Notes: a model not told the origin generated them from the letters alone. A DNA stretch of 64,000 bases from Spirochaetia bacterium (GCA_963668315.1 OY764216.1:512001-576000), one strand, 5' to 3'. Shown: positions 39,727 through 49,896, counted from the first letter of the stretch. Numbers and translations: made by a program.

Positions 39727-41388
39727 ATGAAGAGAAACGAAACACCGTTTGCAAAGTTCGTCCGCATCATTATGCTGGCAGCTGTCTTAATCGTCCCGCT
39801 CAGCGGTGCATGGAGTAATGGCTCCGGCGACAGGTATGCCAATGATACCGTCGTGTTCAGAGTAGGCAACACCGATACCACGGACTCTAAAAATCCGATC
39901 ATTTCCGGATGGAGAGCCGCAACCATACTGTACTACTCCAATACCTATGAAAAGCTTCTGGGTATCGGCGGGGATCTTTCCATGTCGCCCTGGCTTGCCG
40001 AAAGTTATGAAATCTCCGATGACGGACTCGTCTGGACATTCCACCTGAGAAAGGATGTCACATGGCAGGACGGTGTACCCTTCACCGCCGACGACGTCGT
40101 CTATACATACTCAAAGACCGCCGAATGGCAGTCCAACCAGGCGGGGAATCTGGTAGGCATCAAAGATTATGTGAAGGTTGATGATTATACGGTCCAGTTC
40201 GTTTGTGAAGCACCTAAGGCTGATATGGCCATGGCGATGATATTCATCGTTCCCGAGCATATTTTCTCCCAGTACGAGACCTACGAAGACATTCAGAACT
40301 TCACCAACGACGAATGTGTCGGGACCGGTCCTTTCAAGCTGGAAGAGGATGTGGAAGAACAGTATATCAAGTTCGTACGCAATGAGGACTACTGGGGAAA
40401 GAAACCCGCCATAGATGAGCTGATTTACGTTTATTTCAGCAATGCCGATACTGTCGCCCAGGCCTTTGAAGCCGGGGACATCGACTACTTCAGCGTCGGA
40501 GCCGCCCAGGTTGATCAGGTGAAAAACATGCCCCAGGCTGCCACAAACGAATACAAATCGGTTAAACTGCGCGAGATGGGATTCAACTGCTGGGACGATC
40601 CTAAATCAAAGGGTAATCCCCTTCTCCTCGACAAGACAATCCGCGTGGCCTGTGAATACGCTATCGATAAGGCCCGGATCGTGGAATACGCCAAGAACGG
40701 TTATGCCACGGTCGGCCAGATGCTGCTTCCCGATGCAACGGGTAAATGGCAGGCAAAGCTCCCCGAAGATCAGTATCATACCTATCAGCCCGAAGCAGCA
40801 AAGAAAATGCTCGACGACGCAGGCTATATCGACCGCGACGGCGACGGAGTCCGCGAAAGCGCTGACGGGGCAAAACTCTCCTTCCGCTTCACCGTTATTG
40901 AAGACGGATACAAAGAGATGGGCCTTATCATTCAGGAGAACCTGAAGGCCGTGGGAATCGAAACGGAGATTGAATTCGTAACGGGCAGCCGCCAGTCGGA
41001 CATCATCTATGATGAAGACTTCGATACGGATATGTATATCTGGGGATGGACCGCCGACTACGACGACCCCTCATATATGCTTTCCGTCATCACGACCGAT
41101 CAGATCCAGCATCGTTCAGACTGTTTCTACTCAAACCCCTACTATGACAGTCTGTTTGTCAAACAGGCCCTTACGATCGATCCCCAGGAGAGACTGGATA
41201 TTGTCCATGAAATGCAGATAATCGAGTATAACGATGCGCCCTACATCAACCTTCTCTATGAAGTATATGTGGAAGCCTACAACAAGGACAAATGGGAAGG
41301 ATTCGTCCAGTGGCCCGATGCGGGAGGATCGATTTTCTCATCCTTCAACGCGTCCAGCAAGCTGAACATTAAACCTAAAGCCGAATAA
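39727..41388 (+). CDS. Peptide ABC transporter substrate-binding protein (family 5)
   Basis: Signal peptide; PWLAESY...WTFHLR..V.WQDG.PFTADDV, GTGPF. Confidence 0.95.
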   Translation: MKRNETPFAKFVRIIMLAAVLIVPLSGAWSNGSGDRYANDTVVFRVGNTDTTDSKNPIISGWRAATILYYSNTYEKLLGIGGDLSMSPWLAESYEISDDGLVWTFHLRKDVTWQDGVPFTADDVVYTYSKTAEWQSNQAGNLVGIKDYVKVDDYTVQFVCEAPKADMAMAMIFIVPEHIFSQYETYEDIQNFTNDECVGTGPFKLEEDVEEQYIKFVRNEDYWGKKPAIDELIYVYFSNADTVAQAFEAGDIDYFSVGAAQVDQVKNMPQAATNEYKSVKLREMGFNCWDDPKSKGNPLLLDKTIRVACEYAIDKARIVEYAKNGYATVGQMLLPDATGKWQAKLPEDQYHTYQPEAAKKMLDDAGYIDRDGDGVRESADGAKLSFRFTVIEDGYKEMGLIIQENLKAVGIETEIEFVTGSRQSDIIYDEDFDTDMYIWGWTADYDDPSYMLSVITTDQIQHRSDCFYSNPYYDSLFVKQALTIDPQERLDIVHEMQIIEYNDAPYINLLYEVYVEAYNKDKWEGFVQWPDAGGSIFSSFNASSKLNIKPKAE

Positions 41389-41392
41389 GTCC

Positions 41393-41426
41393 ACAAAGGC
41401 CGCCTCATACAACAGGCGGCCTTTGT
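41393..41426 (+). terminator. Stem-loop after the binding-protein gene
   Basis: acaaaggccgcct-catacaac-aggcggcctttgt 13-bp stem. Confidence 0.75.
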
Positions 41427-41460
41427 TATCGCAGAATCCCCTCACCAAGGAGTCAAGTCC

Positions 41461-42696
41461 ATGCATTCAGCCCTTTCCCGATTCGAAGAAGAAATTACCG
41501 CACTGACAAAAACCCCGGGCCGGGAGACGGCGGGACTCAGCATCACCCTTTTTGAGGAAGATTCTCTCCTCTACGGCAAAGCCTGGGGCCACCGGTTCAT
41601 CGATAACGGGGAGTGCGGGAATAACCTCCCCATGATGCCGGATACCCTCTGCCGGGTGGCCAGCATCTCCAAAATAGCCTGCGCCCTTACCGCTCTCATT
41701 CAGGAGGAGAAGGGAAGGCTGGATTTTTCCCGGGACCTGTCCGATTACCTGGGCTACCCCCTGTACAATCCCCATTTTCCCGGGCAGAAAATCACCATGG
41801 CCCACCTGCTGACCCACACGTCCAGCCTGAGAGACGGAACAGTATACAATCTGCCGCGGGAGATCCCCATCAGATCCATTCTCACGGGAGAGGAATCCCT
41901 TCCCAACTGGGATAGAAACGCCGGGCCCGATGGCTATCGCCACGTCTACTGCAACCTGGGTTTCGGGGTGCTTGCCACCGTTCTGGAAAGGATAACCGGT
42001 CAGACCTTCGACAGCCTGGTTCACGAGACTCTCCTCGATCCCCTCTCCTCCGCCCTGAAAAAAGACCGGAGCGAGGGAACAACGGCCTCATTCAATCTTC
42101 AGAGAATCCCTGAGCACGAGCGGGGGAATCTGGTGGAAATCTACCGGAAGGAGAACCCCTCCGGCCCCTGGATGGTTCAGTGCGACAGCCGGGAGATCGT
42201 CGGGAAAACGGCCGATGACAAAAACTTCTACGCGGGATATGAGCCGGGAACCAACGGGACGCTTTTCGCTCCCCAGGGAGGGCTGAGGGCCTCAGCTCTT
42301 TATCTGAGCGGACTGGGACGGCTCTTTCTGGGACGAGGAAAGGTTATGGGGACGAGAATCGTCTCGGAAGAAATCATAAAAAAGATGGCCGCCCCCCGCA
42401 AAACCACCGGCAAGGATGAGGCAAATCTGAAAGGGGAGTGCGGATACGGACTCTTTTCCCTTAACGATGCCCTGCCCAACGGGGAAAGTCCTCTTTTCTG
42501 GGGACATCACGGAGACGCTTACGGACTGAAAGGCGCCCTCTATTTTGACCCGGTGGAAAAGCGGGGATTCTCCTATCTCATGACCGGCTGCGCAGAGGAT
42601 CCGGAAAAAAGAAGGGGCCTCTGGTCGTCCCGCAATCTCCTGGAGGAGACCCTTACGGCATTAATCGTCAGGACCTTCTGGCATAGGGAGGCGTAA
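41461..42696 (+). CDS. Serine hydrolase, beta-lactamase / D-peptidase family
   Basis: SxxK (ASISK), LLTHTSS, YxN (YCN), HHG; no signal peptide. Confidence 0.9.
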   Translation: MHSALSRFEEEITALTKTPGRETAGLSITLFEEDSLLYGKAWGHRFIDNGECGNNLPMMPDTLCRVASISKIACALTALIQEEKGRLDFSRDLSDYLGYPLYNPHFPGQKITMAHLLTHTSSLRDGTVYNLPREIPIRSILTGEESLPNWDRNAGPDGYRHVYCNLGFGVLATVLERITGQTFDSLVHETLLDPLSSALKKDRSEGTTASFNLQRIPEHERGNLVEIYRKENPSGPWMVQCDSREIVGKTADDKNFYAGYEPGTNGTLFAPQGGLRASALYLSGLGRLFLGRGKVMGTRIVSEEIIKKMAAPRKTTGKDEANLKGECGYGLFSLNDALPNGESPLFWGHHGDAYGLKGALYFDPVEKRGFSYLMTGCAEDPEKRRGLWSSRNLLEETLTALIVRTFWHREA

Positions 42697-43726
42697 CGCC
42701 TTCGGGATAGATGATGTAGCAGAGTCCGCCGGAGGATTCGAGCCATCTTTTTTCCAGTTCCGCCCCATCGTATGTCCGGGGAACCTCTTCGTTGGTCAAA
42801 GCGGCAGGCTCATGCATCAAAGCCCTCCCTCTGCCGTCAAATCCTCTCAGGACGGTCAGATGTCCCGCGGTGGACTCCATGGGAGCCCCTTCCAGGGGAC
42901 GATCTTTCTCCCTGTCGAAGGCAATGCTCAGGACAAGGGGGATCCCCGCTTCCAGAAAGGGCACGGCCTGGGAAAAACGGGCGAAGCGGCAGAGAGAGGC
43001 CCGGTAGCCGAGGCTGCCCGCCCAGGCCGCATTGAAACTCCAGTTGCCCGTACCGCCGTAGACCGGGTCGTACACCCCGCCGACCGCTTCGCGTACCGCC
43101 GCTTCAGGGCAGACCGCCCTTCCCCGCCAGTACCCCAGAACCATGGAAACGCTCGTCGGACTGCACCAGCCGTTTCCCCCGTCGCTGTAAATCATCTGCG
43201 AGTGGGCCGGCAGGGAATCGACCGAGACCCGGGGCAGATTTTCCTTAGGCAGATCGGGAAAGCCGCCGGTCACTCCCGGCTTTTCACCGCTCCATGTAAG
43301 GGCGGCGCCTTTGAAGAGGGGCTGCCCTCCCCTGCGGATTTCGGAGAGGATAAGTTTCATCTGCAGAACATCGATATCCTCTTTGAAACAGAGAGTATCC
43401 GTTTTCACAACGCCCCGATCATCTTCCATTCCCTTGAAGGAAGACCGTGTCACAGGACCGTCTCCGGAAGCCCAGATTCCCATGGGATACCACTCTGTCC
43501 AGCCCCGGGAGTTTTTCCCCCTCAGAAAGATCTCACCCCAGCCGTGGAGGCCGCAAATAAGATTCCAGCTGGGTATGCACTCGCGAAGGGGGAAAGGGGA
43601 CGCCACTTCGTGACTCATGATGACAGTTTTATTTATTCCCGATTCTACCGTCTCCCAAGTTTCCGGAGAGAGATCGATATATCCTGTACGGTAGGAGAGG
43701 GAATTGGTAAAAATGATTGGTTCCAT
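42668..43726 (-). CDS. C39-like cysteine peptidase family protein
   Basis: SQM...GWCSPTS..MVL, GNW.FN, GHL.VL.GF, HEPA. Confidence 0.85.
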   Translation of the reverse strand: MEPIIFTNSLSYRTGYIDLSPETWETVESGINKTVIMSHEVASPFPLRECIPSWNLICGLHGWGEIFLRGKNSRGWTEWYPMGIWASGDGPVTRSSFKGMEDDRGVVKTDTLCFKEDIDVLQMKLILSEIRRGGQPLFKGAALTWSGEKPGVTGGFPDLPKENLPRVSVDSLPAHSQMIYSDGGNGWCSPTSVSMVLGYWRGRAVCPEAAVREAVGGVYDPVYGGTGNWSFNAAWAGSLGYRASLCRFARFSQAVPFLEAGIPLVLSIAFDREKDRPLEGAPMESTAGHLTVLRGFDGRGRALMHEPAALTNEEVPRTYDGAELEKRWLESSGGLCYIIYPEGVTPPYARRS

Positions 43727-43911
43727 GGAGAAATTATAGCCGCCGGAGGTGTAAGGAACAAGCCGTTTCCTTAATCCCGAAGAGGCAAATAGAGTGTCAT
43801 AACCATTTTTTGTTATTTATAACTAACATTTTACCTTTCCATGCATTATATTTTCATATAAAAGGGGATGCAAGGATATTTCCTGCCCCGTAAAACAGTA
43901 AGGAGTCAATA

Positions 43912-44412
43912 ATGAAAAATGTCATCATTTTTTTAGGTTTTATATTAATGCTTGCCCTTCCGGTGGCCGCTCAGAATTCCGTAGAGGTCAACGGGATCAC
44001 CTTTGAGTGGACAATCGATGGAACCTATCTGGAAGGAACCCTCTCCGCTCCCGAGGAGGGATGGGTTTCGGTAGGCTTCGATCCCACATCGGTGATGCAG
44101 GACGCGGACTTCATCATAGCCTATGTGGAAAACGGAGAGGTCTTTATCCGTGACGATTACGGGAACAGGCGTACCTCCCACACACCCGATACAAGCGCCG
44201 GCGGCAGCGATGACGCTATCGCCCTGGGCGGAGAGGATTCCGGCAGCGGCACGACGATCCGGTTTCGAATCCCTCTGAACTCGGGAGATCAATACGACCA
44301 CCAGTTCGTGAACGGCGAAACGATACCGGTGATTTTCGCTTCCTCCGCCAAAGATAACTTCCGAAGCATCCACAAGCGTAAGGGAAAAACAGAAATCACC
44401 TTCCGCTGGTAA
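43912..44412 (+). CDS. Exported DOMON domain protein
   Basis: Signal peptide; GWVSVGF...MQDAD, DDY, H.PD...GG, C-terminal His; ATG after AAGGAG. Confidence 0.85.
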   Translation: MKNVIIFLGFILMLALPVAAQNSVEVNGITFEWTIDGTYLEGTLSAPEEGWVSVGFDPTSVMQDADFIIAYVENGEVFIRDDYGNRRTSHTPDTSAGGSDDAIALGGEDSGSGTTIRFRIPLNSGDQYDHQFVNGETIPVIFASSAKDNFRSIHKRKGKTEITFRW

Positions 44413-45253
44413 GGCTCGCGGTTTTTTCGGCCGATTCGACTGTCTGCTCGACTAGGGTTATAATAGTCATAGGGCCTACGCCTCCGGGAACGGGAGTGTA
44501 GGCCGACGTTTTATGCATAAGATCGGCCAGATCGGCATCGCCCACATTGCCAGGATTATACCCCGCGTCGACCACAACCGCTCCTTCCCTTATCCATGTG
44601 CTGTCAACGAATCGGGGTCGTCCGATACCAATGCAAAGGATATCAGCCCTTTTCGTAATCTCTTTGATGTTTTTCGTACGGGAATGGCACACTGTAACCG
44701 TGGCATCTTCGTTAAGCATAAGCATGGACAAAGGCTTACCGAAAATAGGACTACGCCCCAGAATGACCACGTTCTTCCCGGCAAGGGATACGGCATAACT
44801 CTTCAAAAGCCTTATTATCCCGTAGGGTGTGGCGCATTTGAAGGCCTTTACTCCCATGGAGAACCGAGCGAAAGAGAGATGATTCACCCCATCCACATCC
44901 TTGGCAGGACTGATCGCATTAAAACAGCCGGCCTCATCAATCTGAGCGGGAACGGGGTGCTGAAGAAGAATGCCGCTTACCCGGTCATCTCCGTTTAATA
45001 GCTCTATCTCCCGGATAACCTCCCCAGTCGATGCTTCGGCGGATAACTCGATAATACGCGAACTAATTCCCGCCATTTTACAAGCATTGGCCTTCATGCG
45101 CACGTAGACCTTTGAGGCATGATCATCACCCACGATGATGGTGGCCAGTTCGGGTACATAGCCTGTCCTCTCTATTATACGTTGAGCTCTGACTTTTAAC
45201 TTCTCATTGATTTCGGCGGCGGTTTTTCTGCCATCTAAAAGAATCGGTTCCAT
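44396..45253 (-). CDS. folD: Bifunctional methylenetetrahydrofolate dehydrogenase/cyclohydrolase
   Basis: YxxxK (YVRMK), GILLQHP, KDVDG, ATP.GI, GRS, TPVPGGVGPMT. Confidence 0.97.
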   Translation of the reverse strand: MEPILLDGRKTAAEINEKLKVRAQRIIERTGYVPELATIIVGDDHASKVYVRMKANACKMAGISSRIIELSAEASTGEVIREIELLNGDDRVSGILLQHPVPAQIDEAGCFNAISPAKDVDGVNHLSFARFSMGVKAFKCATPYGIIRLLKSYAVSLAGKNVVILGRSPIFGKPLSMLMLNEDATVTVCHSRTKNIKEITKRADILCIGIGRPRFVDSTWIREGAVVVDAGYNPGNVGDADLADLMHKTSAYTPVPGGVGPMTIITLVEQTVESAEKTASLTSGR

Positions 45254-45272
45254 AGGATACTCCCTTTTTCCA

Positions 45273-45348
45273 CTACCCAGGTGCTCGATAGATTATTCAG
45301 GGTCTCCCTCATGGTTCTTTCCATGGTATTTGCACCAGTCGACATGAT
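45273..45348 (-). ncRNA. ZMP/ZTP (pfl) riboswitch upstream of folD
   Basis: Minus strand reads ...gtcGACTGGTG caaatac CATGG-aaagaa-CCATG aGGGAgac...cgagCACCTGGGtag. This matches the pfl layout GACUGGCG...GGGGAG...CGCCUGGG, with a compensatory GGTG/CACC pseudoknot; a folate gene lies directly downstream. Confidence 0.85.
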
Positions 45349-45470
45349 AATTTTAGGCCGAATACAGATCTTTGTAAAGATTCTACCGACCGCTAGAGAA
45401 AGTTGAGAGGTGTTATATCTCTTGCCACAGCCTTTCCAAAAAGATAAGATGCCGCTAAGGAGAAATTACT

Positions 45471-45785
45471 ATGCAATTTGAAAATGTCACTGTGGTGAAA
45501 AAAGCGAATATCTATTTCGAGGGAAAGGTTACCAGCCGGGTCGTTCTTTTTCCCGACGGAGAGAGAAAAACCCTGGGAATCATGCTCCCCGGCGAGTATG
45601 AATTCAACACCGAGGCCAAGGAGATCATGGAGATTCTGGCGGGAAGCATGGATATCATGCTCCCCGGAGAATCCTCCTACACCACCTATAAGGAAGGGAC
45701 TTCCTTCGAAGTTCCGGCCAACTCCAGTTTCAAGCTGATCATCAAAGAGCCGGCCGATTACTGCTGTTCCTATATCAGCGAGTAA
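45471..45785 (+). CDS. ppnP: Pyrimidine/purine nucleoside phosphorylase (DUF1255/YaiE)
   Basis: [25 protein letters not shown]...[16 protein letters not shown]. Confidence 0.93.
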   Translation: MQFENVTVVKKANIYFEGKVTSRVVLFPDGERKTLGIMLPGEYEFNTEAKEIMEILAGSMDIMLPGESSYTTYKEGTSFEVPANSSFKLIIKEPADYCCSYISE

Positions 45786-45787
45786 GG

Positions 45788-46774
45788 CTACTCCTTCAGA
45801 ACCTGAACTTCCAGCCTGTCCGTGGGCGGCGGGGGCGTTTCCGAAAGGGCGGTGATCCGCTCGAAGAGCTCCCTGTCCATGGGCAGGCTGACGGAGGCCA
45901 GGGCCGGTTCCAGCTGTTCCGCCGAACGGGCGCCGACAATGGGCGCCGTTACCCTGCCACCGAACTGAATCCACTTCACCGCCAGGGTAACGGGATGGCA
46001 GCCGATTTCTTCGGCGATCCGGCTGAATTCCCGGGCCACGGTAAAATACTCCGGCCTGCTGTAACGGGCGGCGTACCGTTTATCATCCCTTATGCGCCCC
46101 TTTCCTTCGTCGGCCGACTGGGAATATTTACCCGAGAGTAGCCCGGCGGCGATGGGGCTGTAGGAGATGGCGCCCAGTCCTTCGCTCTGGCACAGGGGCA
46201 GGATCTCCACTTCCGCCTGCCTCTTAATCAGGCTGTACATGGGCTGAACGCAGCTGAATGAAGCCAGTCCCCCGGAACGGGACAGGCCCAGGGCCTTCAT
46301 AATCTGCCAGGCCGCCCAGTTGGATACGCCGGTGTAGAGGATCTTCCCCAAGCGCACCAGATCGTCCAGAGCCCTGAGCGTTTCTTCCATGGGGACGGAA
46401 GAATCAAAACGATGGATAAAGTAGAGATCGATACGGTCGGTCTGCAGACGGCGGAGGCTCTGCTCAACATTCATTGCGATATGCCTGCGGGACGTCCCCG
46501 TTTCATTGAGCCCCTCCCCCATGGCCATGCCGACTTTGGAGGTAAGGAACAGATCGTCCCTCATTCCCGTCTCATTCACAAATTTCCCCAGAAGCTCTTC
46601 CGCCCGGCCCCGACCGTAAACATTGGCGCAGTCAAAGATATTGACGCCCCTGTCCAGACACCGCCTGAAGATTCTGCGCGACTCTTCCTCATCCGCTTCT
46701 CTGCCGAAGGTCATAGTTCCCAGGCAGACTTCCGAAACGGAAACACCCGTGTTTCCCAACAATTTGTACTTCAT
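45788..46774 (-). CDS. Aldo/keto reductase
   Basis: LGTMTFG, D.A..Y, SL.RLQTD.IDLY..H, G.SN, YSPIAAG.LSGKY. Confidence 0.95.
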   Translation of the reverse strand: MKYKLLGNTGVSVSEVCLGTMTFGREADEEESRRIFRRCLDRGVNIFDCANVYGRGRAEELLGKFVNETGMRDDLFLTSKVGMAMGEGLNETGTSRRHIAMNVEQSLRRLQTDRIDLYFIHRFDSSVPMEETLRALDDLVRLGKILYTGVSNWAAWQIMKALGLSRSGGLASFSCVQPMYSLIKRQAEVEILPLCQSEGLGAISYSPIAAGLLSGKYSQSADEGKGRIRDDKRYAARYSRPEYFTVAREFSRIAEEIGCHPVTLAVKWIQFGGRVTAPIVGARSAEQLEPALASVSLPMDRELFERITALSETPPPPTDRLEVQVLKE

Positions 46775-46838
46775 AAAACCATTATACCACCGTTACGATC
46801 CATTAGGGTTTATATTTAACCCACCCAGGCCATGGGCC

Positions 46839-47822
46839 TCAGGCAAGGATATGAAAATAGAGCCAGATAAGAAGCAGGGAAAAGGAGATCTGAACGGCCC
46901 ATGTCAGAATACCGGCGCACAGGGCCTTCTTTCCCTGAGTCGCCAGCCCCCGGAAAGTGATCTTCATCCCAATCCCGGCCATGGCCACAATAAGCAGCCA
47001 CTCTCCCGCCTGCTTCAGTAATGACACAACCTCTTCGGGGAGGATTCCCAGCGTATTCACCAGCGAGAACAGGATGAAAAGTAAAATAAAGGGGGGAACT
47101 CCGGGAAGCTTAATGTCTCCCTCGCCTTCCGCCCCGGCCGGTTTTCGAATGAAACTCAGGATGAGAGCTACCGGAGTAATGAGAAGAATACGCCCCATCT
47201 TGACGACCGCCGCCGTCTGTCCCGTAACATCCCCCAGGGAGAATCCCGCCGCCGTCACCTGCCCGACGGCTTGTATGGTATTGCCGATAACCAGTCCTTT
47301 CAGCTGCTCGGTCAGACCGGGAAAAAGCGAGACGATGAGGGGAATCAGAAAAATACCCACCGTTCCCAGAAGGTTGATAACGGCCACGGAGACACCGACA
47401 TGCTCCTCATCCGTTTTGATTACCCCCTGTACGGCCGCAATGGCGGAGCTGCCGCAAATTCCGTTCCCCGTCCCCACCAGGAGGGCCAGATCCCTCTCCA
47501 TTCCCATAAGTCTTCCCCAGCCCAGGGCCGTAAAAATCGTCACGGGAACCCCCAGTAGCACCGCCGCCAGGGGGAGAAACCCCAGGGAGAAGAGAACTCT
47601 ATAATTCAGAGAGAACCCCAGAAGAGCTATGGCGGCGGAGAGAATCTTTTTTTCGCTGAAAACAATCCCCTTTTTCGCCTTAACCGGCACTTTTGTCAGA
47701 TTCGCGATCAAAAGGCCCAGAATGATGGCCAGAGTGACGGCTCCCAGGGGGACGAAGTGGCTTACTCCCCAGGCGGCAGCCCCGATGATGATGCAGAAAA
47801 TCAGACCCAAAGCAATATCCAT
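46839..47822 (-). CDS. YeiH family putative sulfate exporter
   Basis: G..ICGSSAIAA, QV.AAG, VKM.R, AMAGIG; divergent from a LysR gene. Confidence 0.9.
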   Translation of the reverse strand: MDIALGLIFCIIIGAAAWGVSHFVPLGAVTLAIILGLLIANLTKVPVKAKKGIVFSEKKILSAAIALLGFSLNYRVLFSLGFLPLAAVLLGVPVTIFTALGWGRLMGMERDLALLVGTGNGICGSSAIAAVQGVIKTDEEHVGVSVAVINLLGTVGIFLIPLIVSLFPGLTEQLKGLVIGNTIQAVGQVTAAGFSLGDVTGQTAAVVKMGRILLITPVALILSFIRKPAGAEGEGDIKLPGVPPFILLFILFSLVNTLGILPEEVVSLLKQAGEWLLIVAMAGIGMKITFRGLATQGKKALCAGILTWAVQISFSLLLIWLYFHILA

Positions 47823-47935
47823 AATGACTCCTCAGAAGCACATTAGCAGAGATGATTGATTATGAATATTTATACTTTTTTATGTTAATATAAGTTATTC
47901 TTTACTTTTCCCTGTTAAATCGATAAACTGTGGCC

Positions 47936-48820
47936 ATGCTCGATTATCGACTGTACACGTTTCTGGCTGTGGTGGAACAGGGTACGCTGGCCAAAGCCTC
48001 TGACGCCCTGGGGCTGACCCAGCCCGCCGTGTCCCAGCATATCAAAGCCCTGGAAGAACTCTACGCCACTCCCCTCTTCGACCATATCGGCCGGCGGCTT
48101 GTCCTCAACGACGCGGGGCGGCTTCTCGTGAAAACGGCGGGGAAGGCCCAGGCTCTCTTCGAGCAGTTTGAAAGGGAGGCGTCCAGCATGAGGGAGGGCA
48201 GGAAATACTACCGCATGGGCGCGACTCTGACCATCGGAGAATTCATCCTCCCCGCATTCCTGGGGAAATACCGCACCGCCCATCCGGAGAGGGAACTGAC
48301 CGTTCATATAGAAAACACGGTCAACGTCCTCCATCTCCTGGACAGGAAGAAAATCGATGTGGCCCTGGTGGAAGGTCCCTTCGATATGACCCGCTACAAA
48401 AGCCGGCTTTTTCTTCAGGACGAAATGATCTTCATCGGCAGCAGGAACTACATCACCGACAGCCGGAAACCCATTACTCCCGAAGAGCTGGCGGGAAGCC
48501 GCCTCATACTCCGGGAGGAAGGATCGGGGACCCGCTACTACTGGGAGGCGTATTGCCGGGAAAAAAAAATCCTTATTCCCCGCAGCTCGCTGGTCATGGA
48601 GGTGGGAAGTCTGAGCGCCATAAAATCACTGGCCGAAGCGGGACTGGGCTGCTCGGTCATGTCACGCCGGGCCGTCAGGCAGGAGCTTCTTCTGGGATCT
48701 CTCCTCACCCGCCCCTTCTCGACGGGCCCGCTCAACCGGAATCTCTACTTTGTGTACAGCGACGATTCCCCCATCGGTTTTATCAACGACTTCGCCGATT
48801 TTATTGAGGATGAGAAATAA
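47936..48820 (+). CDS. LysR family regulator (CysL/YeiE-like)
   Basis: LTQPAVSQHIK.LE HTH, GA.LTIGE.ILP, REEGSGTR; alternative GTG start at 47930. Confidence 0.93.
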   Translation: MLDYRLYTFLAVVEQGTLAKASDALGLTQPAVSQHIKALEELYATPLFDHIGRRLVLNDAGRLLVKTAGKAQALFEQFEREASSMREGRKYYRMGATLTIGEFILPAFLGKYRTAHPERELTVHIENTVNVLHLLDRKKIDVALVEGPFDMTRYKSRLFLQDEMIFIGSRNYITDSRKPITPEELAGSRLILREEGSGTRYYWEAYCREKKILIPRSSLVMEVGSLSAIKSLAEAGLGCSVMSRRAVRQELLLGSLLTRPFSTGPLNRNLYFVYSDDSPIGFINDFADFIEDEK

Positions 48821-48834
48821 CGACCCGATCGGAC

Positions 48835-49293
48835 CTAACGACTTTCGCCCATCCTTGACCGGACCCTTTCGGCAAAGTCTGCGATCTCTTCCTTCCCGGG
48901 AAATTCCTGTTTCGCGAAAAGATCGGCCTGAAGAGAGGGACCGGGCTTCTCAAACTGCCCCTTCTGGCTGTTCCAGACAGGCTGTATGACAAAATGGATA
49001 TGAACCGGTTCCCATCCCGCGTGGGACCATTGGCAAATATAGGTCTGGTCGCACTCGGTCAGTTCTTTTATTATGGCGGCGGCCCTTTGGAGCAGAGGAC
49101 CGAACTCTTCCGTCTCCTCAGCGGTCAGCTGGGAAAAATTCAAAACATGGCGAATAGGCTTAAGCAGGAGTGTCCCGACGGGGAACGGGCCGACACAGGA
49201 CTCAAGAGACCACAGGCCGGTCTGATGCAGAAATCCGCCGGGAAGCTCTTTCTCACCACTGAGGATATCGCAGGCCAGGCAACGTTTTTCCAT
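48835..49293 (-). CDS. HIT family protein
   Basis: N-terminal CxxC, P.RH, HIHF(V) partial histidine triad. Confidence 0.8.
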   Translation of the reverse strand: MEKRCLACDILSGEKELPGGFLHQTGLWSLESCVGPFPVGTLLLKPIRHVLNFSQLTAEETEEFGPLLQRAAAIIKELTECDQTYICQWSHAGWEPVHIHFVIQPVWNSQKGQFEKPGPSLQADLFAKQEFPGKEEIADFAERVRSRMGESR

Positions 49294-49302
49294 GGGAACT
49301 CC

Positions 49303-49896
49303 TTATTTTAACATATTCCGCATGCCCGTAAAGGCCATCTGGGCCGAGAGAGCGGAGAGGATGAGACCGGAAAGCCTCGTCAGGATGGATATACCCTTGT
49401 CCTTGAGGACTTTTTCCAGCCAGGGGGAGATAAGAAGGATCAGCCCCAGGAAAAAGACAGCGATGGTAACAGCCAGAAATCCGGCCACATAATCGGAAAC
49501 CGAATCAAGCCCGGCTCCCATGACCATCAGGGTACCGGTCGTGGCGGGACCGACGATGATGGGGATGGACAGGGGCACCACGGATATGTCGCTGTTGTCT
49601 ATGGTTTTGGACTGGGCGTTCTTGCCCTGTACGAGATCGACCGCGCTCAGGAAGAGGATGGCCCCCGCACCGATTCGAAAGGCGTCCACCGTTATACTGA
49701 ACAGGGTAAAGATAGCGCCCCCTCCGAAGATCAGAATCAGACAGATCACTTCCACGGAGAAAGACGTCTTGATTACCAGAATCCGTTTTTCCCTGACTCC
49801 GAGATCCGTGGTCATGGTAAGAAACATGGACAGGACGAAAAAAGGGGTAAAGATGAAAAACAGCTGCAACATCATGGTCAGCATATAAGATACCAT
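49303..49896 (-). CDS. MarC family membrane protein
   Basis: AFRIGAG.ILF, VVPL.IP.IVGP, TRLSGLIL. Confidence 0.93.
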   Translation of the reverse strand: MVSYMLTMMLQLFFIFTPFFVLSMFLTMTTDLGVREKRILVIKTSFSVEVICLILIFGGGAIFTLFSITVDAFRIGAGAILFLSAVDLVQGKNAQSKTIDNSDISVVPLSIPIIVGPATTGTLMVMGAGLDSVSDYVAGFLAVTIAVFFLGLILLISPWLEKVLKDKGISILTRLSGLILSALSAQMAFTGMRNMLK

